64,000 nt of DNA, taken from NCBI RefSeq assembly GCF_006345805.1, contig NC_042998.1:56916001-56980000 (forward strand), in the 5' to 3' direction. Positions 53,731 through 64,000 of this stretch are shown piece by piece. Source of the DNA: Octopus sinensis (lineage: Eukaryota). The position numbers were made by a program, and so were the translations under genes. A model generated the notes under the pieces. The model had not been told where the DNA came from. It was given only the letters and a program-made list of their open reading frames with translations, and made no database searches. Position 1 is the first letter of the stretch; every line of letters begins with the position of its first letter.

Positions 53731-54137
53731 AACTGGAAGACATCACCTTCTCCAGATTGGGCGGATGTCTCGAAGTCTTCGGCCTTCTCTCCATTGAATT
53801 ATTATTCAACAGGTAGATTAATGATTTTGGTGGACAAAAGAGACGCAAATCTTGGCTTTCTTTCTTTACATTCTGTTTTTCCTTTTTTATTTACACTTTG
53901 TCTTCTCGTTCCACTTTGTGTATCAAGCTTCACGTTCTATTACGTGCTTAATCATGGACCAGGGTCCTGGTTTTCAAATAAGACTAACCTTATGTTATGG
54001 AGCCTAAAGGACTGCTTGGGGACACATGGCACGTTATATACATTTGCCAAATTATTGTGTTTCCACAGCATGAAACGATTAGTAGCTCATATTTAAATAC
54101 TGTGTATTTTAAATGATATTTATCTTACTGGATGGAA

Positions 54138-54259
54138 TACTTATTTTGTTGATCCAACACGTAACGCAAAGGGAAATTAGCATATATATATATAATATAT
54201 AATATATATATATATGTATGCTAATTTTCTTTCCATTACGTGTTGGATCAACAAAATAA

Positions 54260-54262
<3 letters not shown>
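54138..54262. repeat. Inverted repeat (~47-bp arms) around a (TA)n loop
   Basis: TACTTATTTTGTTGATCCAACACGTAA ... TTACGTGTTGGATCAACAAAATAAGTA. Confidence 0.85.
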
Positions 54263-54312
<50 letters not shown>

Positions 54313-54338
54313 CTCTTTCTGTTTTTCCTTTTGGGATC

Positions 54339-54402
<64 letters not shown>

Positions 54403-54691
54403 TATATACATGTACATGTGTATATATAAACACATATATATATATATGTACATGTGTATATATAAACACAGTCACGCAAGTTCATATATCTACACACACC
54501 ACACATACATACACGCATATATATGAAGACCATATATATATATATATATATATACGCATGCATACTTACATACATACATATATCTGTGCATATACGATAT
54601 ATATATGTATATATACTTATATATATGTGAATGTGTATGTATGTACGTATATATATATGTGTGTGTGTATACGTATATATATGTTATATAT

Positions 54692-54731
<40 letters not shown>

Positions 54732-55138
54732 GCAAACTCACACACACACACACACATATATATACACAAATATACTCATGTACGTGCCTGTCAGTCTGCA
54801 TATGTGTGGGTGAGCACAAAAAGGGGTGGAGCATTAATCGAAATCTGCAAACATTAGACTTGCGCCTTTCATATGTTGAATAAAACATTTATTTACGTGA
54901 TATATCTGAATAAACTATTCCAGTAGACTGAACCAAGTTAATAAAGACTTTTGTATAGCCATTCATATACAATATACAAGGAGTCCAATATACGTACACT
55001 TGACAAAAATTGCTTGAAACTATATCGGGAGACATATAAAGTCTGTGTATCTTTCTGTATGGGCATAATGCAGAAATACATACACATAGAAACACACTCG
55101 TATATGTATATGCATCCACATTTAAGAGAAGCACGTAT

Positions 55139-55185
<47 letters not shown>

Positions 55186-55466
55186 CACATACATATATAC
55201 ACACACACCCAACGACACCATTAAACATTCACAGACAACTGTACAGACGTAGAAAACCGAAATCATACATACATAAATAGGTGCGTATGTATATAATACA
55301 CACACACACACACACTCACACACATATACATACATTTATATCCATACACATGCATTACACACATATGCAGATAATCAGATTCTGACATACAAATACAGGA
55401 AACTAGGAGAAAATGCACACGGAGACAACCATATCGAATCACAGAAAACCACAAACATATGCATAT

Positions 55467-55527
<61 letters not shown>

Positions 55528-55582
55528 CTCTCTTACACACACACAGACAAACACACACACACATACATACACGCATATATAT

Positions 55583-56290
55583 ACGAGGGAGAGTAAAAAA
55601 TTATACGCACTGTCGGTTTTTCTATGTATTTACACAAAAGCAGATGATAAAAAAGCACGTCATTTTTCTATATAGTCTCGTTCCTTTTCAATGCACTTGG
55701 TCCAGCGGTCCCCAAACTTGCGTATTCCTTCCAAGAAGAAGTTTTTCGGTTGGTCGTGCACCGCTTCCTTCACATCTTCATCCGTAGGTCCAAAGATATG
55801 ATAGCGGTCCAAAGATATATAGCGGTCCAAAGATATATAGCGGTCCAAAGATATGATATGGGTTGTAGACAGAGTGTCCCAGCACCAGAAAACCCAATTG
55901 GTTAATGGTTTCAACGGTCTGGGTGCCCGTGTGGGGGCGTGCATTGTTATGCAACAACAAAACTGTCTTCGACAATAATCTTCGGTGTTTGGTGCGAACT
56001 ACTGGCTTCAGTTTGTTGGCCAACAAAGCATTGTATTTTGCATTGTTGATCGTACACCTCTTTTTCAGAGAAATCGAATCACTGCTCCGTTCTTCTTTGG
56101 TTCACATTGCTAGTGGAGTGGCCATGCTTACACTGTAATGCCAGAAAGAAAAATGGCATGATCAGGCTCAAACTTCGATCACGTGACCACAATAATACCA
56201 ACTATAAAAGCACGCACGCGCAGAAGGCGGTGTGACAATAATAAAGATATATTATGGCGAAAGTGCAAATAATTTTTGACCTCCCCTCGT
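55583..56290 (-). mobile_element. Internally deleted mariner with both TIRs
   Basis: TA-CGAGGGAGAGTAAAAAATTAT ... ATAATTTTTGACCTCCCCTCG-TA; LLLHNNARPHT and FFLEGIRKFGDRWTKCIEKERDYIEK. Confidence 0.85.
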
Positions 56291-56311
56291 ATATATATAT
56301 ATATATATATA

Positions 56312-56824
56312 CTAGCAGTATCTCCCGACGTTGCTCGGGTTTGTAAGGGAAATAACTATATAAGCATTTTTAGAGAGTTACTTCCCTTATAGATGCCAAT
56401 TCGGGCTTTCTTAGCCATTTCTGTTTTGGTGTCTTCAAGCCATGAAGTCGTTGTTCTAAAAGAACACTGGTCTCCTTGACAACGCTTTACGACGTTGATT
56501 TCCTTACACTCCCTTCCCCACAGCTTCACGAGGGAGGGAAGAAGGGGGAGAAGCAAACAGGTGCAGGTGTGACCATGGACGCTAACTTCGCCGCCATCGA
56601 CACACGAAAAATTATGCATTAAAATGGAATAAAAAATGATGTTAAATTATTTTTAAAATCGTAGACTCATCGTAGACGCGCGCTAATACTCAGACGGGCT
56701 CGATATGAATCACGACTATGAGATACCCGAAGTTGGTTAAACTGCACCGCAAAATGTGGGAGTAGTTAGGAATCTAAATCGAAGGGGACAGACACTCACA
56801 CAACTACAGTTTTATATATATAGA
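56312..56824 (-). mobile_element. Non-autonomous Helitron, copy 1
   Basis: Minus strand A|TCTATATATATAAAACT ... CCCGAGCAACGTCGGG hairpin ... CTAG|T. Confidence 0.85.
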
Positions 56825-56926
56825 TATATATATATACAACTAATGTAGGATAAAATTTTTTTCGAAAGAAAATTTTTATCAATGGCCAGCATATCAAAAA
56901 ATACCTTGAAAGGTTAAATTTATAAA

Positions 56927-57440
56927 TCTCTATATATAAAAACTGCAGTTGTGTGAGTGTCTGTCCCCTTCGATTTAGATTCCTAACTACTCCCACATTT
57001 TGCGGTGCAGTTTAACCAAATTCGGGTATCTTATAGTCGTGATTCATATCGAGCCCGTCTGAGTATTAGCGCGCGTCTACGATGAGTCTACGATTTTAAA
57101 AATAATTTAACATCATTTTTTATTCCATTTTAATGCATAATTTTTCGTGTGTCGATGGCGGCGGAGTTGGCGTCCATGGTCACACCTGCACCTGTTTGCT
57201 TCTCCCCCTTCTTCCCTCCCTCGTGAAGCTGTGGGGAAGGGAGTGTAAGGAAATCAACGTCGTAAAGCGTGGTCAAGGAGACCAGTGTTCTTTTAGAACA
57301 ACGACTTCATGGCTTGAAGACACCAAAACAGAAATGGCTAAGAAAGCCCGAATTGGCATCTATAAGGGAAGTAACTCTCTAAAAATGCTTATATAGTTAT
57401 TTCCCTTACAAACCCGAGCAACGCCGGGCGATACTGCTAG
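56927..57440 (+). mobile_element. Non-autonomous Helitron, copy 2
   Basis: A|TCTCTATATATAAAAACT ... CCCGAGCAACGCCGGG ... CTAG|T; about 8 differences from copy 1. Confidence 0.85.
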
Positions 57441-57607
57441 TAACATATGAAATAAGGGCAAAAGAAACATTCTAATGCCAAATATGCCGAAAAAGACAAA
57501 ATTGTCAATAACTATTATACGCATAAATTATAATGGTTATTGACAATTTTGTCTTTTTCGGCATATTTGGCATTAGAATTTTTCTTTTGCCCTTATTTTA
57601 TATGTTA
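57441..57607. repeat. Palindrome, ~70-bp arms with 23-bp spacer
   Basis: TAACATATGAAATAAGGGCAAAAG..GTCAATAAC / GTTATTGAC..CTTTTGCCCTTATTTTATATGTTA. Confidence 0.85.
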
Positions 57608-57956
57608 CAAAGATGTTTGCAAAAGGGACATGAAGGCCTGCAACATCAATATTAGCAATTGGGAGGCAGTTGCCAGCAACCGTGGAGATTGGCGACGTAC
57701 CGTAAAAGAGGGAATACAAAGGAGTGACATAGAGAGAGAGGAGAAATGGAAAGACAAGAAAAGACGTCAACAAGAAACTATGACCTTACAACTAGCCAGG
57801 AACAGTGTTCGCTACATTTGCGGTACCTGCCTGAGGGAGTGTTTGTCCAGGATAGGACTACACAGCCACAGCAGGAAATGTATCAGGACATGAATGTAAA
57901 AGCCGGACTAGACTACTTTATGCGCAACTCCATTGTCTCCCGAGACAAAAGGATGC

Positions 57957-57961
<5 letters not shown>
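57606..57961 (+). mobile_element. 5'-truncated RTE-clade LINE 3' end
   Basis: YKDVCKRDMKACNI..WEAVASNRGDWRRTVKEG..CGTCLRECLSRIGLHSHSRKC (C-terminal Zn finger); short 3' UTR ..CGAGACAAAAGGATGCCAATA. Confidence 0.85.
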
Positions 57962-57998
<37 letters not shown>

Positions 57999-59782
57999 CA
58001 TATTTATTAGAAGCGCGCGAAGCTGCGTTGAATAGAACATAGATGTGAACAACCGTATGTAGCTGGTTCGTGTACACTTGGAAGTGGAAAGCCCTTTCAG
58101 TTCGGAAATTCTTCTAATTGATAATTGATAATTTGTGTGAAAATAATAAGCGACATCGCAGAACAAGCGCTCTTAGAGGGTTATGAGCTACTGATTCAGC
58201 GTTTGTAACGGGGGAAGCGTAACGACACAGAAACACAGATATGCTACGGTCTGAATAAATTATCCATAGCCCACTGACATGTCTTCATACATTTTGTCTA
58301 CGAGGAGACAGTACATTGAATAATGAAATTCTTGTTATATAAAAATACAAGATTGTAATGGCTGGAATGCCTTCGATCAGGATTTACCTAGGAATGGTTA
58401 AACAGTAACAACTGCAATAACAGCAGCAATATACATTACTTTCTTCACTCTCTAATATAACACGTTTCTGTATTTTATTACGATGATCAAATTCTAGAAA
58501 TTCTGTTTTCAGAGCCAGAGTTTGCCATCCGAGAGGTATCATTTCGACCCCCAGCTCTCCACTGTATTCATGGTTAAGGCTCTAAACTCTAAATGGTGCA
58601 ATATAAAATCTGGTATATAAGGAAATGGATTAATGGTCTGCATTTGCCACAATTACTGAACGGCGTAGTTCAATAAGTCCGCTTGTTCTAGCCCACCACT
58701 TGGATGCGAGCAAGAGAGACAAAGTAATGTCGTCACTTTGATTAAAAATAAAGAAAAATCCAGTGTATCGGCAAAGGATTACGGGAAACGACTGAGGCAA
58801 CATCTTTTTTTTTTTAATTTTCATTTATATTATATACTATATATATACTATATACTATATATATATATACTATATATTATATTATATACTAGCTTGAAAG
58901 CCGCCCGATAGAGCGGCTTTTAAGCTAGTATATATCTTTTAAGCTACTGACGTCGAATGGGAACATATGCAAGCAGATCTTTGACTTGATTTAGAGAATA
59001 TGTTGCTATTGCTTCCTCCAGATGATCATATTCGTCGCAAAAAAGTTATATTAAAAAATCGCTGAAAATAATCGATGGATTTCGCAATTAATTTCGATTA
59101 TTCTCAAAATTTATTTCCTAATTATAAAAATTGTCATCGTACAAAAAAATTTGTCGTAAATGTCACGTAAAAAATTTGCCGAAAGTAAACGTAATAATGA
59201 AAACTTGGGAATCCAAAATTTCAGGATTGTGGGTTCAGATTCGGTCCGGAACTTTTAATAATTTACTCACGGAGTGGGCCTGATTCCAAAATGGTATATG
59301 TTGGGCTATGACCTCTAGGGGTAAAGTTGACGTTCGCATTTAATATATTAGATGTGTTAATAATAGCGTGGCTGATTCGAGTTTAAACTCTGATTGGCTT
59401 TGTGCCAGTCTGTGTTTCATCTGTTGTAATGTCTCTTAGATTGGCGGGAGCTAGTGAAAAGAGACCATAGTTCATCTGGTTTAGTCAGTTTGACGGGGTT
59501 CCCCACAGTTTTATTACTTAAATGAGAAAGATAGCTCTGTAATTAAAAGTGTTTCTGTAGGCTTCGACTACTGGTTACGGAGAAAAACTAGTCCACCCCC
59601 GCGTTTAAAGGAATTTTTGAAATTAGATCGACGTCACTAATCTCTCATCAAAGAACCCGCTGTTATAAATCTGTTAAAGTATGAAGAGAATAAAATTCTT
59701 GCTGATTCTTTTTGTGTAATAGTCACAGATGTCGTCGGCGTCGGTGTTGCTCTGTAATTGAAGTAAGTAACATATACACACA

Positions 59783-60073
59783 ATGTCGCAGTCTGGTGGT
59801 AAATCATACTGGTTTATTGGCAGTCTGATCGATAGACAACAACATTTTTTATTAAATAAAAAAAAAAAGCTGACATTGTGGCTTGGAATATTGCTGACGG
59901 AGCTGATGAATTTCCCATTGCTCGAGTCAGCAGCAACTGATATAACCCTGGGGTATACCGTATCAACAACGGAAACAATCCTGTCCCTCAACGCTCAATC
60001 CGAGGCTGAACCTGTATGGCACAAAAATCATATATCGGCAGAAGTACAGATTACCCTTGTAAATGCTTATTAT
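59783..60073 (+). CDS. Candidate exon of an unknown gene (may be non-coding)
   Basis: Unique sequence, 97 open codons, hydrophobic LTLWLGILL segment, ends at phase-0 donor TAT|GTAAGT. Confidence 0.25.
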
Positions 60074-60455
60074 GTAAGTTTAATGATGGGTTTCGTAAGC
60101 TGGGCTACTCTTATGAAATGCATTTGCAAACAATTAGCGATCTGATTAAAAGTTATTAAGTGATCTCACCGATAATTAATGATTTTCTTGAAATCAATCC
60201 ATTCGCTAACCATCTTCAGGCAACAGCTAATGTAAGACATTACACTAATATAAATAAGAAACTGCGATTCAAAGAAGGAACCTCTTCACAATCGCTGAAT
60301 CTATCAGAATTTTCGGTCAGATCTACCTACTTCAAATTACATACTTCTATCATTTGATAATATAGTTCTAGAAGTTCTAGATATATTCTACCTGTAAATA
60401 AGAGTGTATGATTAGAATATCTTTGATCAGGACTGCTCTTTCTCTATCGACACAG

Positions 60456-60589
60456 GCTAAACGACAACAACGACAACAATATGCGTTACTTGACGGACTA
60501 CTTTCTTTAGTCCGGTATTTAAATAGGTCGTCATTGAGAAAGCTATTATTCAATAAGCTTGGACTGAGCCATTCAATGATTTTCATTGA
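60456..60589 (+). CDS. Candidate second exon, in frame with the above
   Basis: Acceptor CTCTTTCTCTATCGACACAG|, donor GA|GTAAGC; only the phase-0 frame is open. Confidence 0.25.
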
Positions 60590-61180
60590 GTAAGCTTTCA
60601 AGGAGTATGTTGTCATTGCGTAAGCTGTGTGTATGTGTGGTTGTGTTTATACAGAACTGTAAGCACATATTACCTTATATATGTTTATGTGTGTCTTTGT
60701 ATTGCGGCTACGTGTGGAAATCTATTTACATAAATATGTGTGGACGTGTATTAACACACATGGTCATATTGAGTTGTAACTATATATAGTAAACAACGGA
60801 AATTTATACAGATATGAATACATTTATTCTTGCATGCATGCATAAATACATGCATACATGCGTACTAGCTTACATAGATATACATACACGCATACAGACA
60901 TGCACGCACACACACAAACACACATGTCTGTGTATGTGCGAATTGTGTATGCGTGCTTTGCGATCAAGAGTGGGAAAGGACTATTTTCACACGTACCGCC
61001 TGTGCCACACAATCCAGTATTATGCACTAACACCCTCATTCGGGTTGAATATACATAGCTACAACGGGTGAATATGAAGTACATCGTTCTTTTTTTTTTT
61101 TACTATAAAACTAAGAATTAAACAGTAATCCTATATGTAATTTCGCCTTTAATAATACTTCTAATATTTATACTGAGAAA

Positions 61181-61958
61181 GGCGGCGAGCTGGCAGAAAC
61201 GTTAGCATGCCGGGCGAAATGCGTAACCGCATTTCGTCTACCGTTACGTTGTGAGTTCAAATTCCGCCGAGGTTGATTTTGCCTTTCATCCTTACGGGGT
61301 CAATTAAATAAGGTACCAGTTACGCACTGGGGTCGATGTAATCGACTTAATCCCTTTGTCTGTCCTTGTTTGTCCTCTCTATGTTTAGCCCCTTGTGGGT
61401 AGTAAAGAAATAGGTATATCGTCTGCCGCTACGTTCTGAGTTCAAATTCTGCCGAGGTCGACTTTGCCTTTCCTCCTTTTGGGGGTCGATAAATTAAGTA
61501 CCAGTTACGCACTGGGGTCGATATAATCGACTTAATCCGTTTGTTTGTCCTTGTTTGTCCCCTCTGTGTGTAGCCCCTTGTGGGCAGTAAAGAAAGAAGA
61601 AACATTAGCTCGCCTGGCGAAATGCTTAGCGGTATTTCGTCTGCCGTTACGTTGTGAGTTCAAATTCCGCTGAGGTTGTCTTTGCCTTTCATCCTTACGA
61701 GGTCGATAAATCAAGTACCAGTTACGCACTGGAGTCGATGTAATCGACTTAATCCTTTTGTCTGTCTTTGTTTGTCGACTCTATGTTTAGCCCCTTGTGG
61801 GTAGTAAAGAAATAGGTATTACATTCTGAGTTCAAATTCTGCCGAGGTCGACTTTACCTTTTCTCCTTTTGGGGTCGATAAATTAAATACCAGTTGCGTA
61901 CTGGGGTCGATCTAATCGACTGGCTTCCTCCCCCAAAATTTTGTGCCTTGTGCCTTGA
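61181..61958 (+). mobile_element. SINE family B head-to-tail array (~4 units)
   Basis: GAGTTCAAATT at ~61253, ~61438, ~61656 and ~61828, each followed by GTCGATAAATTAAGTACCAGT-type core. Confidence 0.85.
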
Positions 61959-62574
61959 GTAGAAAAGAATATTTGTAACGAGTACTTTAATTGTTGTTCA
62001 CATTCGGAAACCAAATCTGTGGAAAACGACTATCATCCTATGCCTCCTCTGTGCGCAAGGTTAAAGCTGAAGACTTCCAGTACCATTCTCTACCTGTCTC
62101 CGCCGCCTCTTTTCCTATCATCACCAGATCTATGAAGAAAGTGTGATAGTGTTGGTGCAGGCGTCTTGTTTTGCTGAACAAACTACACGATAAATATTAT
62201 TATGGTGGACGTTGCTTGCAGGGAGCGAGTCCTATTTCCTCGCCCTTCAAGCTTGTATTGATGTGGTGCAACAGATGCCACGAGGTCAGCAGTTATCAGA
62301 ATGCTGGACTTGTATGAAGTTATATTCTCTTCAATGAGTAGCTAAAGAGCTGAGAGGTTTCATCTACCCAGGGTCCGTAGAGGTGTCTGTGAGCGACCTT
62401 CTTTCGGAAGCAATTCTATGACATGCTTATTACCCCATAGTTGTAACCCTGATAGTTTCTACTACGTCGGGTTGTGTAGATCTGGAAACAAAAAAGGCTA
62501 AGAGGTGGCCTCTCACTTTTCAAAAACCCGGAAATCCCGAGCCAGGGCCCCACTACCTGATGCAGTCGAAAATC

Positions 62575-62614
<40 letters not shown>

Positions 62615-62696
62615 CACACACACACATCTCACAGAATTATATATTTAATAATCTTTGTAGCAATGCATGTATGTATATACGTATGTATGGGTGGGT

Positions 62697-62741
<45 letters not shown>

Positions 62742-64000
62742 ATATGTATGTATTTATGTATGCATATCTGTATTTGTATAACAAGATAAAATGGAGTTGT
62801 TGATATTAAATGTAATACCAACATCACTCTTCGCTTTTTGTTTTATACACCGCGATCAAACGTAAGTTGGATTTTCAGTTTTGCGTGAAATTAATGTTTC
62901 TACTGGAGAGATTTTCCTTCATATACCTTCGAATAGTCGATATTTGCAGGAGTGTTGCCTTCCAGATCCCTTTTCACTTACTCTGTGTGTGTGTGTGTAT
63001 ATACACATATAAATACACACATATATTATACATGCAAACTCACACACACTTACTTACCCATGCATACATACATACATGCATGCATGCATACATACATACA
63101 TACATACATACATACATACATACATACATACATACATACATAAATACATACATAATACGACACATACATACATACAACACAGATGTTGTTATTAATGGCG
63201 GTAGAGCAGAAAATGAGAGCAGTGACGCATCATATTGAAGCATAAGAAAATTAGTGCGATAACGCTGTCTATTAAAACGTACAGCTCATCGTAATAAAAT
63301 GCTTCATAAAAACCTCCATGAACCACAGAATAAGGTCGGCAATCAAGCGTCACTAATAGTCGAAGTTAAGGTGTATAATTGCCAGTTGTTGTTTAACCTC
63401 AGCTCAACCCTATGATCAAAGTGGTTACGATCATGATCAACTCTCTTTGTAGGACAGTAGGCTTTTGTCTGAGGGATTCTGGTTACTATTTTTTACAAGT
63501 CAAGTGGTTACATGGTCACATAGAAACCGTGTTATTAGCTCGTATACATATTGTTGCGTGCTTTTGTTGATTCTCCTGTTATAGGCGATGTTGAAGACAA
63601 GAATTTCACCCGACTCAGCTGCATATTAAGTGCGATTTTGTTTATATCTCTCTACTGGATTTGTTGAGGAAACTACATGAAGTATTTGTCTCGAGTCTTG
63701 ACTCTGTCATTAAATTGAATCAAATCTGTCATGCGAGCTTCAAAAAACTGGAGACATCTTTAGTGATATTCTCGCTCCTAAATGACTTAACCTCTTAACG
63801 TACACATTTATTTTCAATTTCCATGCAAAAAATATTTTCTATTAGTTATTTTGAATCTGTATATAAGGAAGAATAAGTACACAAACTATTTTGGATCAGT
63901 TATGATTTATTATGGAGTTACAGAGAAAAACGATAGCTATTGATAGAAAACGGGAATAACATCATGAACGAAGTATTTGGGGTTAGAAATAAGTGACAGA

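Noticed and set aside
53656-54096. 146-aa ORF with hydrophobic stretch
   Set aside because: It overlaps the end and pyrimidine-rich tail of the Penelope remnant; TTG start and no independent coding evidence
56356-57396. Twin 87-aa ORFs MHNFSCVDGG..
   Set aside because: Both lie inside the two copies of one non-autonomous Helitron; the duplication explains the similarity and there is no domain signature
61181-61958. CRISPR-like periodic repeats
   Set aside because: Eukaryotic context, the spacers are themselves repeated SINE sequence, and there are no cas genes

Overview
AT-rich, repeat-saturated eukaryotic genomic DNA, not prokaryotic. The microsatellite load and SINE/transposon repertoire look like an Octopus-type cephalopod genome (inference from pattern, not a database hit). 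A 100-N scaffold gap lies at 37859-37958. Only one host coding segment is convincing: a ~1.09-kb minus-strand exon (17658-16569) encoding a signal/anchor segment, a Cys motif resembling angiopoietin-like/myocilin N-termini and a long coiled coil, ending at a GTAAGA donor. A weaker two-exon candidate lies at 59.8-60.6 kb. The rest is tRNA-derived SINEs, fragments of CR1/L2-, RTE-, R4/Dong- and Penelope-type retroelements, mariner/maT elements and MITEs, a head-to-head pair of non-autonomous Helitrons, and simple repeats. Most listed ORFs are microsatellite read-throughs. The most notable signal is six near-canonical type I hammerhead ribozymes plus several decayed ones, all folded by eye. They sit in Penelope-like terminal repeats arranged as tandem and fold-back structures next to (TA)n tracts. 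One is a 560-bp direct-direct-inverted array in the presumed intron just downstream of the coding exon.
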